From NCBI GenBank assembly GCA_050230475.1, contig JBFLGF010000104.1:1-64000 (forward strand): a stretch of DNA of 64,000 nt. Reading direction: 5' to 3'. Positions 26,131-39,100 of the stretch are shown here, one piece after another (the stretch's first letter is position 1; the number at the start of each line of letters is the position of its first letter). The DNA comes from Ancylonema sp. Its lineage: Eukaryota. A model generated the notes under the pieces. It searched no databases, was not told the DNA's origin, and saw only the letters and a program-made list of their open reading frames with translations. The translations under genes were made by a program, and so were the position numbers.

Positions 26131-27469
26131 TAAGAGTTTATTGTGAAATTGTGCTCTGTTTATAGGAGTTATTTTTTGTATGAAATATGTCAACGCAAAC
26201 CATCATTGTTTACATGAGTAGACATAAGTTGTCGATGACTAGATCTGCCCACTTGATATATAATAGGCGGCGCCACATTTTTTTTCGAGAAGGTTGATGA
26301 AGACAATTTTCTAGACAATATAGGGTGCTCCCTAAGCATCGATAATTGATTCAATCAAGACATCCTTCTGACTTTTGCTTGTTGCTCATCGCTCCTAGTA
26401 GTGGTGTGTGTCGTTAGTCATTCAATCCATCGTAAAAAGTATAACGTTCACCGTCGATGAGAGCGACAACCAACATGAGTTTGGGCCTCCCCACAGTTAG
26501 AAAAAAAAACCGAACACTTTCACACGTCGTTAATGTCACTCGAACAAAAAAGTGTCGTTTAACACATGCCAACTTCGTCGCGTACCCCTTTTCATAACAT
26601 TAGGAGTCATGTCTAGGTTTTTATTTACTCAAATTCTTATTTATTAATACGTCATTAAAAAGCATTATCGGTGCCAAACACGGTATACATCAAAGTCACA
26701 AAACAATCAGCCATACACAATATTGAAAAATTATATCATACATTTGAAGCGATTGTTGCATAATAATTGGAGTGAAAATAAAAGTGAACACCGAATACAA
26801 CTGCTGTGTGTGTGTGGATGGTAGAGGACTTCTACACGGTTAACGTGGACTACGTACCAAGATGCAAATACCGAACGACTCCATGAACGATGTCATATGA
26901 TAAGGCGACGTAAACAAATTGTCAAACCCTCATGCGCACTAGGTGCGATTCGTACTCAACAAGACAAACGTCTCCCTTGGTTGATTCAACTTTGCCATGT
27001 ATCATGCTGCACTTGATGATTTGAATTCTAATCTCACATTTTCGTGCCACCTACAAGTCAACCTACCTAATTAAGTCGAAAACCACATCCCAGGGTCAAA
27101 GTACTAAACAAAGATATCCTCGTTGATTTTGTTGGACATGGGGTAAACACTACGATCATGAACAACATGGACAACTATTGAATGGCAAGACAAACCATGC
27201 ACACCACACCACACTATATAAACGTCATGTACCTCTAGCAACCAAAGCGCCACTAGTGGACGCTTACTAAGTCATTCAAAACTACACCAACTTTCACTTC
27301 GCAATTATTTTTTCGCCCCAATCTTTGCGCAAATGTTTGCGCCACGTTGGGGGATTTTTTTTGCGCACTCGCCCAAGCCAGACGGAAAATCGTGACAGTT
27401 GTAGGCTATTGTGTTCTCGAGACCCAATTCGTATAGGGGTACCTCGCTCTTTGCCATCACATTTTTTGC

Positions 27470-30400
27470 GTGAGCCCGAGTGAGCAAAGCGCAAAGAGAG
27501 TAACTCTTCTTCTTGGCGACAAAGGTAATGTTTGCCGGGCCCGAGAAGTAGTAGAAGCTGACGTCGTACAGGAAGCGGCGGGGGTTTGTGAAGAGGGTGG
27601 GGGCAGTTGGAAGAGGTCCATGGAAGCGGTTGTGTCCCTGTCATCAAACGATTCTAAAGTGGGTTTAAGATGCACTCACGATAGCGGATAGCGGAAAAAA
27701 CAAGCGCCATGAAGTTGAGTGGTTTGTGTTGTACAACTTCTACTCACGTTGCTCGAGTCTAATTGAAACTTCACCCTGAACCACACCTACGTCATCACTC
27801 TTTCAATTCGCCGAATCAGTACGAGGGGGGATATCTCACAAAGATTGAAGGCTCATCTTGTTGACTATAGCGGCAACGTTTCCCTTGAGCCGATTAATGC
27901 CGAGTCCTCTGTGAAAAAATCAACACATTCGAATAAGTGAGTATGGTAGTAACGTGTGATTCCCGTATCTCTGAGACACGAGCATGTCGTCACAAGTTGA
28001 AGCAAGTAGGAGCATGCGGTCGAGCTCCACCACAATAGGGTCTCTGAAGAAGGTCTTACAAGAAGGTGAGTGAAGGTGAGTGGTCCAAAAGCCTTCAGTG
28101 ATTTGACAAAACCCCCTCACGTCATCATCATTACTTAATTAACTATACTTCAAGCTATTAGATTGGTCTCTCAATTTCAAGCATGAATACTTATACCCTG
28201 TTTGAGGGTTGAAAATTAACGAAGAGGGGAAATGAGCGAGTGATTTCCGAGCATAAATACAAAGAACCGAGTTGATTCATACCGAATCCGATAATGAGGA
28301 ATTTCGCGAAAGCAAGCGCTGATATCAATCAATTACTTAAGAATATTCGTAAATACGAATATTGAGACAACCGGGACACAACAATAGCGGTGGTTCATAA
28401 AATGTTGAAATAAAATATTGGTTCCACAAAATATCCAAAGTGATATCTATTCCACGTAATTGTGTTACATGGATGTGAGCGCTAAGTTCCCCAAGGTTGG
28501 AGGGATGGTTCCGGAAAAGTGGTTGGACGACAAATCCCTGCAATCCACAACTCAGAATGCCACAAGTGATTTGCAATGCATGCGGTGATCTACCTGATAA
28601 GTGAAAGTATCTCCATCGTCTTTTCATACTCATGAATGCAAGGAGACTTACATATTTATGCACGTGCATGTCCGTGAACACGGGGTGACACGTGGGTGAC
28701 ACGTGGGTGACACGTGGGTGTACCCTCTCCTTACAATGTAGTGAGCGAGGAAAGGTCTCCAATTGAAACGGGCAATTTTCCTCGGAGCTGGTTGTTGCTC
28801 AAACCCCTGCAACATATGCACGTGTTACGCGGTTGTAATACAAATAATTTGTTTAGTCGGTCATAAGTGATGAAAAAAAGGCGTTGAAAGAAGTCCATGG
28901 TGCGTGACTCACAAGTATAAGAGGTTGGTGAGCTCTCCGATGGAGTTTGGTATCGTCCCCGTCAAGTTGTTGTGGTCGAGTTGCCTAAAATCACATCAAA
29001 AATTTATATTAAAACGTACATACTAATATCCTTTTGAATGCTAATAAGCACTCACATCGCATAAAGCTGGCCATAAACGCCCCAATGGCAAGAAGAAAAG
29101 GCTTCACTATGCTTCAATCAACCTGAGCATCACTCCCACACTATGGAATTGGATCCTTTCCCTTTCTCCAAATATCTACCAAGTGTTCAAGAGTTGCCCT
29201 ACCTTATTGTGGGTGTTTTTTTTTGCAACAACGCCATCACTTCTACCGATCATCAACATTGATAGGAATCTAAGAAAGTGTGGTCCGTAAGTCAAAGAAT
29301 TTAGCACTTAAAGAAAATGATGTCTCACAAGAAGAAAACATTCGTGGCGTTTGCATACGAAGAGGGAACACTCCCGCTCAAGTTGTTGTGGTCCAAAAAT
29401 CTGCACTCACATTACCAAAACCACCAGCTTTGAGACAATCCACTACACTATAACCTGTCTAAAGGAATACTATCTAAAGAATAACCTCTCTGAGGGAATA
29501 CCACATTCCGGTCCCAAAACCGGAATCGTTAGGAACCGGACCAGTATAAGTGAAAAACCTTTCTAGAAGATTACATTTTCTGCCCCCCAACATTAGGTAT
29601 GTTGTATCCCCCTTAAAATTTCACATTGACCTCGAGTCTTACAAGAACTCAAGGCTACTCAAGTTCCTTCCAAGCAATTCCGGGAGATCTCCACTCAGCT
29701 TGTTGTTGTGGGCGTCCCTGCCATGCAAATTTACACTTCATCGATACACTAAACAATATACATTATCAAATTACAAAGAACATACATGTTGGAAACTTGT
29801 GAATCATTTCACGAAAGAACAACGAGAAACAAATTGTATATTAGATGGGGCCAATCTTTGAGTTTAAATATTTGAAATAAGCCAATCGACACAGGATTTT
29901 GAGAGAAATGACATTCCCAATCATTTTACAATGAGGATAATATGACGCATTTAATCATATGAATTGTACCGAAAAAAAAGAAAACTCACAAGTTGACAAG
30001 GTTTTGCAAAGCCGAGAGTGTGGAGGGAATGCTTCCGCTTATACCATTGTTGCCAAGATACCTGTGGAAAACACTTAATATCCAAATAAAAAATCCAATA
30101 TCGCATTGCTTTGCAGTAGCTAGTGCGTCCCCACCATCCTTGATTACGAGAGAATCGCTTTCGGTATCAACCCGTTTGTTGTGGTTTCCGATAAACTAAT
30201 GGTAAGGTGGATGGTAGAAACATGTGCCATGTGATTTCACGAACGTAAGGATTTTGAGTGTGGAACACTCAACGTTTGTCCAATAGTGTATAACTTCTTA
30301 CGACATCAATAATGACGCATGATCAAAATGAAGAAAACACCCACCCACGGTTTGCTCCAAAGAATCATTCCTACCAAATACAATACAAAAGATAATAATA

Positions 30401-33143
30401 CACTTTGGGTACACCTCTCGTAAGGGGACTTACAAATCAACCAACCCACTACAGTTCCCCAAGCACGGGGGGAAAGCTCCATCCAATTCATTGTCGTTCA
30501 AAAACCTGAAAATACGTAAGCGTGCAAACTCGGAGAAATTTCCTCTTTTAGACGGGCAAAAAGGATCACAATATTTTATAATGGGGAAGAAGAAAGGTCG
30601 TGTCCACTCACAGGTAGGAAAGGTAGTAGTTGTTATTGAAGGCGTCTGGAATTGGACCGCTCAAATTGTTGAAGCTCAAATCTCTTCAACAACCCCAAAA
30701 AAAAAAAAACAATAATAAAAAAAAAACGCAACGGCTGTGCAAAATTCTTTTAAGTTTAACACCGTCGCTCCACCACGAATCATTGCAAGATAGAAAGAAT
30801 CGAGGGTTGGTACTTACTCGTATAATGGTGTGTTTGCCAGTGCTGCTACTGGAATGGGACCCGTGAGGTTGTTGTTATGTAAGTCACTACAATGCCATCA
30901 AAAAACAAGAAAGGACCACAAAAATTAGGAAAAAGACAAACATTGAGATACTCTGTTTTGTACTCAGTCATGCACAACGAAACTTTATATTTACAAACAA
31001 CCGAAACCGTTAGTACGCAGTCTCACGACAAGATGTCATTCCGGCCGTCTTGTAATGATTGCCACGGAAAAGACACTTGTGATCCATACAACCTTTTATT
31101 TTCGATCGTTTGTCGTTAAATTAATGAAGATGATTATCCCTCTTTGTATTGGCATCCTCGGTTCTAGTTGATACGTCAAAATACATTGTGTTGAACATAA
31201 AAGAGAGATTGAAGACCGAAGTATCGCTTTCACGAATTTTTGTATGTAATTAGTGTTGAAACAACTCTATTACGTTACTAATATCTCTATGACAATATGT
31301 GTTGAATAAAACACGATATGCATCACAAGCTTTGATTACGATTTGTTTTAAATAAAATAAGGATCATATCTTGTGAATGTCCAATTTTATTGTGTTGCCT
31401 CTATATTTATTGCTACCATTATACAAAGAGTTCGATCTAGCTTGAAGCCATACGTAGGTTTGTAGTTGTGAATCTGTGATTTCAGATGGATATCTGTGAA
31501 GTGGTGTCATGGTAAAATCAAGGTATTGGTTCTCTTGTACCCATGTCATATGCATTTCTGGAGATATTCCCCCCCACCCCCCCCTCCCCCTACTTTCACA
31601 ATATATGATTTTATCAAATCAATACCGTCTACGGAAATCCAAGTTGCATCACTCTTGGTGGAGACAAATTCATGAAAGTTGTTTTTTATTATTTTATAAT
31701 TTTGTCCACATAAAAAATATACATATATGTCCTATATCAAACAGAACAACATGTTGTATTGATTTGTTTCTTGACATGATTCTTTGTATAGTGGATAGTG
31801 GATTTTTGAATAAGCTAACAGTCATACTTCATTGGTTGTAGATAACCTTTAAAAACCAAACAACAAATGTACATGTTACTTGATACATTAACGTCCTTAA
31901 ACTTGTATAATAACGTAAAGAATAATATTAAAAAATATCCGAGAAGTGTTGGAGGTAAGTATTACACATAATTTTGATGTCATAGGTAGTATCTTCGATA
32001 TGTTAAAAAAATGTTTAATATTTCTTATTTGATGATGAGTGTGTTTTCGTGCACCCTTCATTTTTTGTGTGTTATAGATCTTATATTTCCAACTTATATA
32101 TTTTTTAAATGAAATAAATTGAAATGTTGGTTTTGCTGGATGACTTTTTTTTGTTTGTGTTTCGAGATGCATATATTTCATTTATTTTGCTTCATCTTAA
32201 ATTTTCATTCCCCCTATTCTAATTCTTTTCCCCAAAAAACATATGGTGGTATGTATCGTGCATTCCTTTTTTTTAAAATTACGTTGTCCTTTTTTATTTT
32301 TCATAAAATAAATGAAAGATAAAAAATCACTCACATGAATGTGCAATACCTTAAAATAGACGTTGGCATTTGTGTCACCGTAATAAACTCAACAAATTAC
32401 TTCCTTATTTATGCTGTACCTCAATATAGACCTCAAAATAAATATTTTTTTGTAATAAACTTAGTATTACAACCACGTCATTATTGACTATCTCATGGAT
32501 CGAAATCCTTTCACTTCAATTAATTCTAGTTTTTTCCAACACCACTCATTCCAATCTAAAACATACACAAAGATTTTCTTTTTGCAAGGAGACGTATTTG
32601 TTGTAGATGGATGAGTATTTTTGCATAAAGTGTCGATTTTCTGTGTAAGCATAACGCAAACCATAAACTTATGTTGACGTGCAGATATCTTAATAACAAC
32701 CAACTCAGTGGGGGCATTCCATCAAACATTGGGAACCTTTTCACCCTTCAATTCTTGTGAGTTTTATTGTGGCAATGTTTATGGGCCTTACGCACTTAAA
32801 TAATGGGAGAAGTGGTCACTTGTGCCCATGTCATAAAAATATTTGGAGTCTTAGATGCATATTTTATTTATCCTGCAAGCTCTCCTCACTTATTTTTATT
32901 CATTATTCATTATTTTAATTTATTTCACATGATATAGGAAACAATTAATATCATAATCATAAATCAAGTAGGCATTCATATTTTCCACACGGTCAATCTA
33001 AGTGGCATCACAAGTGGAGACATATCGAACGAGCATACATTGTTTATTGAAAAAAAAAAAATCTTTTGATTTCTACATGTACTTCCTATTGTAAATGAAT
33101 GGATACGTTATTTTGTTGTTTTTCATATAACGAACTTGTTAGA

Positions 33144-33176
<33 letters not shown>

Positions 33177-36100
33177 CAAGGTCGAGGTTTATACCTTCCT
33201 TGATTATACATGATACCACGTCGTTTTATGTATATTCATTAGAAAGAATATTTTATACATTTACATTATTCATCACTAATAATGTTGTGTCCGTATTATT
33301 TGTATTATTAACAATTTTGTATTTTATACATTGACATTATTCATCACTAATAATGTTGTGTCCGTATTATTTGTATTAATAACAATTTTGTATTCAGTAA
33401 CGTGGAGGATAATGGTGAAGAAAATTTGAATGGGTTTATTTACGTGTTTTTTGACGTCCTTCCAAATAACAAATCTCCAACATTATTTTCAAATATCGAA
33501 GATAGTCTCTATGACATCAACAATTATGCGTATATTTACTTAAATTCATTCTCTTTACATGATTTTAACGTCATTTTCATACCTTCGTAGACGTTGCATT
33601 ATCAAATAACTTGTATTTTTGTTATTTGCTTTTTCAAAGGTTTTCTACAACCGATGTAGTATCAATCATGATCTATTCACATGTAAGTTTCCGTCTATGA
33701 GACAAAAATTGGTTTTAAGAAAAACAAAGACAAAGACATCGGTGTGTCTCATATAGGTATTAGAAGTAAAACCTTTTAGTGGCCAAAAAACACAAATCGT
33801 AAAAAAAAAAAAAAACTTCATTTTTCACTGTCTCCACGAAGAATGATGTTTCTTGAATTCCCCTTGTGTAGGATGTTGATTTACTCATGAATAATAGAAG
33901 CATATTATTCCCTTCTATGTGGAAGAGAAAAAGGGGGGGGGGGGGAAACCTTCACTCTCCAAAATTGTTAATGAATTTGGTGCAAGAGAACCACTTTTCC
34001 TTATTTCAATGCACACGAGGGCCACAAACATTGCCACAATCACGTATAAAACTCACAAACGAGTAACGTTGACAAGGTTCCCAATGCTTGACGAAATGGC
34101 CCCTCGGAGGTGGTTTGAATTGAGATATCTGCACATCAACAAACGTCCACGGTTTATTTATGATCACACCTAAAAATCCACACTTCATGCAAAAAAATAC
34201 ATCTATCACTATCTAGTTTTGTCTCATCGGTAAAAAACAAAAAAACGAAAAAAAAACTAGATATAATTGTTTAATTAATTTGTGGATTGGAATGAGTTAT
34301 GTTAGATAAAAATAACTATTTATTGAGGTGGAAGGATTTCGGTCCATGAGATAGAGTCAACATTGACGTGGTTGTGATACTTCGTTTAGTATAATGACAC
34401 AAACTCTGACGTATGTATTGCAATACATTTTACCATATGCTTGTTGGGAAGAAAAATCAGAATAGTGGGAATTGGAGATGACGCGAAATATAAGAAATAT
34501 ATTTAGTCAAAACACAAACCAAAAAAAGGCATCCGGTTCTTCACAAAAACAACATGCCAATCAATTTCATAGAGAAAATACATATTTGCTGAAAATATAT
34601 GATTTGTGATACACGATAATGGGCATGAAATAACACTTATCATCAAATGACAAATGTTCAACATAATTTTTTGATATCAAAGATACTCTCCACGTCATAT
34701 GTGTAAAATTATGTGTAATAGTTACCTCCAGATTTTCTCGGACATTTTTTTTTTAATGCACAACATTTACACAACTTGCATTATCGCATGAAATGTTCTC
34801 TTTTCTTTGATTTTTCCAAGGTCATCTACAACCAACACAAGAACATATCTTCACCTTTTCAAAAGTAAGTCCCTAATCAACTAGACAAAGAATCAAGAAA
34901 CGCCATAAGGAAGCATATGAATTCATTTGACATAGATAGCAAATGTATTCATATCAGTTGGAGGAAATGTATTATAAAAAATAAAAAATAAACTACCAAG
35001 AGTGATGACCGTTTCCCGTGTGGAAATTTTGTATTTACTCATGAAGGATAATATAATACTATTTGATTTCCAAATGATGTGAAAGTGGAAGGGGGGGGAC
35101 TAAAGGAAAATTCTACCGAAAAAATTATAAATTGGTGCAAGAGAACCACTTCATTCATTATTTTAATGCACAAGAGCCCATAAACACTGCCACAAAAACT
35201 CACAAAACTTTGAGGTGGACAAGGTGCCCAATTCTTGGCGGAATGGCCCCACTGAGTTGGTTGTGATAAAGAGCTCTGCACGTCAACAAACGCCCATGGT
35301 GTGCTTTGTGCTTACACAAAAATCGACACTCTATGCAAAATTGCACTTCCATCTATAACATGACCCCTCGTAAAAAAACCACGTATGTATTGAATTATTT
35401 TTCCAATAATAATGAGTGATGATGGAAAAAAAATAATTTATTGACATGGAATGTTTTTTGGTCCATGAGATAGTAAAAAATGACGTAGTTGTGTTACTAA
35501 GTTTATTACGGTGACACAATGTAGGTATTTCTTGACGTCCATATTGAGGTGTAGCATATTTATGGAGGTAATTCGTTGAGTTATATTTATATCATGGGGG
35601 GGGAAAAAAGGACTACGTGACAATACAAATAAATGCAGATACATTTTTACATGGTTTCTGATACCTCGTTTATTGCGGTGACACAAATGCCAACGTCTTT
35701 TTTGAGGTGGTGCGTATTTATGTGAGTGCTTTGTTAAATTTTATTTACTTCATAAGACACAAAAAATGAGACTACTTGAAAGAATAAAATAAAAGTACAA
35801 TACGTTTCAATATATGTTTATTGGGAACAAAAATCACATTAGTGGGAAGCAAAATTGAAGTTGAAGCAAAAGATATGAAATACTTGTAAGTCGGAATACA
35901 ATTAAAATAAAAGCATCCGGCTTCATTCTTTCAATTTATTGCACTGAAGAAATATGTGTGGTGGAAATATAGGATCTCTGATCCATGAAGATGATATGTG
36001 TGCGAAAACACACTTATCATCAAATGTTTAACATCAGTTCAAAGTATCGAAGATACTTCTATGACATCTATGCTTGATATTTATCTTCACTACTTCTCAA

Positions 36101-39100
36101 ACATATTTTTGCTTTACTTTTTACGATATTTTTCTACGTTTACGGACATTGTAATATCAAATAACATGTTTTTTTTTGTTTGGTTTTTCAAAATATATGT
36201 CAACCAATGAAGCATGACCTATGCTGACCAATTCACAAGTGTGTCCTATTACACAAGGAATCATTTTAAGAAACGCAACAAGAGAACATATTGTTTTGTT
36301 TGATGTAGGGAATAGAGTACATTTTTTTTTTGGACAAAACTAGAAAAAATAAATAAAACTTAATGAATTTATCTCCACCAAGAGTGGTGCGACTCGATTT
36401 TCCCATGTGGACGATAATGGTTGTACGGATGAATGATAAATGCCTGAACTTCCCTTTTTTTTTATCGGAAAAAAAAAAAAAAAAAAAAAAAAACAGTCTT
36501 CGGAAATTTGACGAAATTGGTGCAAAATAACCACTTCTCCCTTTATTTAGTGCACAAGAACCCATTCAGAAAGCCATGACAAAACTCACAAAAACTCAAG
36601 GTTGACAAGGTTCCCGATGCTTGACGGAATCGATCTTTTGAGCTCGTTGGCTCTAAGATTTTTGCACGTTATCAAACGTCCATGGTTTGATTTATGTGTC
36701 CAATAAAATCACCACTCGATGCGAAAATGCACTTCCGTGAAAAACATGTCTCCGTGCCCACAAACAAGGCTATCTGTGGAGATTCTGTGGATTCTGTGGA
36801 GATTTGGATTGGGAGGAGTGATGAGGGAAGAAATTGTTGGAGTGAAATGATTTCGGTCCATGAGATGTTCAACAATGACGTGGTTGTGATACTAAGTTCA
36901 TTACGAAGACCAAAATTATAGGGCCTATTTTGAAGTAAAGTCATTGTACAGGCATTGTCAAATAATATGTTTTTGGTTCCAAAGGTCATCTACGAACAAT
37001 GAAGGTACAAGAGACCATTAACATTCCCACAACAAAACTCACAGCTTTGTAAGGTTCACAAGGTTCCCAATGCTTGACGGAATGGCTCTTTTGAGCAGGT
37101 TTGTACCAAGATCTATGCACGCCAACAAACGTCCATGATTTGTTTTATGCCTCCAAAAAAAATGGACACTTAATGCAAAAAAAATAAATCATCCAACACA
37201 TATCTCTTGGAAAAAAAGGGCGAAGTGATATCATTTTTCGGATTAAGTGATGTTGGATAATATCGAAACTAATTGAAGTGAAAGGATATCGGACCATGAG
37301 ATAGTCAACAATGATGTGGTTGTGATACTCAGTTTATTACAATGACACATATTCTATCGTCTATTACATAGATGGGTCTTTGGCGTGCGCGTCCCGCACG
37401 TGTGCCGCACGCGTGCGCTCGCGCACGCGTGCAGCACGCGTGCGCAAATCTCGCGCACTCTGCGCGCCCATAGGCGCTAAAATTATAATATTATTCCCCC
37501 GGTGGGGGGGGATATCTGCTACACCCCAGGGGTGCCAAGATGTTTCCAAAATCATGAAATGTATTTGGTAAACCGGTTACAACGTGGTAGTATTCAATTT
37601 AGGGCCTATAACGTTATATTGAACTTCTTACAGTGCAAAATGGTCAGTACTCACTACTTAGTCAAATTCCGACGTCCGAAATCGATTACTGAAATTGTCC
37701 CAGTGCGGCACGCGTGCCGCACGCATGCGATTGAATTTCCCGTAAGGACGATATTGATCAACTCATGAATGTTAAAAAACTATTACTTGTTTCCGACAAT
37801 TTTTGGATTTTTTTTAATATATAGAAAAATCTCCGGCAATGTTTATGAGATTGGTGCAAGAAAACCACAACTTCCATTCTTTGAGAGCACAAGAGCCCAT
37901 AATCATTGTACGGACATTGCAATGTCTAACAATAGGTGCACAAGAGCCCATTAGCATTGCCAAAATAAAACCTACAATTCTGAAAAGTAAAAAATCATAA
38001 AAAATAGAGGGGGGGGGGGGAGGTTCAGTCTATTAAAGTGTTTGAGACATGGGTACAAGAGAATCATTACCCCAATTATTTTAGTGCACAAGCGCCCATA
38101 AATAATGCCACAACAAAACTCACAAGACATGAAGGTTAACAAGGTTCCCAATGCTTGATGGAATGGCCCCAGTGAGTTGGTTGACACTAAGTGTTATACA
38201 CGTTAACAAACGGCCATGCTTTGTTTTATGTCTACACCAAAATTATCACTTAATGCAAAATTATATAACAAAAAAAAAGGCTCTGTGTTGAATTATGTTC
38301 TAGATTGGAATGAGTAACGATGGAAAAAACTAGAATTTATTTTAGTGAAGGTATTTCGGACCATATTATAGTCAACATTCGTTTTATTTGTATCATCAAT
38401 AATTAGACCAGAGAAGTGTAGATTCAACGCAATCATATCTCAAATAAACAGGTCTAGTTTAAAGTACCATGTAGGTCAGTACGTTTGTGACTATCTTTAC
38501 CATTATCATCTAATCAATTCACTATTTGGAAACGAGTTTACGATTTTGGATACATTCGAGAGGTTTTATTGTCAAGGAGGGGGAGGGAGGGCGAGAATCT
38601 TCATGAAAAATCAATGTAAATCCATTTTTTTATATATAATAAACTCGGTGAATGATGGAATAGTAAAAAATAATAACATACGGAATATCTTAACTAATAC
38701 CACAAAAGTAATTATCTACAAGTCCGAAAAAAAAAAAGATAATAATCCATAACATCAAAATTCAAATTTGTCACAATTATTTTATTAATAATGATTTTAT
38801 ATTTGCTCAACATAGTTGATACTTTTGCTAGAGATATGAAAATTTTCATGTGCATAGATAAAACGGACATAAATCAGTTTCAAAATAAATGAAAATGCTA
38901 TAGTGTTTGACAATGCTCGACCATAGATTCAACATTAGTGCATAATAGTAGTTAACACCACCAATGATGTTATGTGATCCTTTCACACTGATAAGTTAGA
39001 AAATAGCCATACTTTTCACAACATTATTTCATATAAAGTTAATAACTTAAAAAAACAAAATCAAGATTATTATTGCCAGAAGGGAAATCTCGGCTTATTC

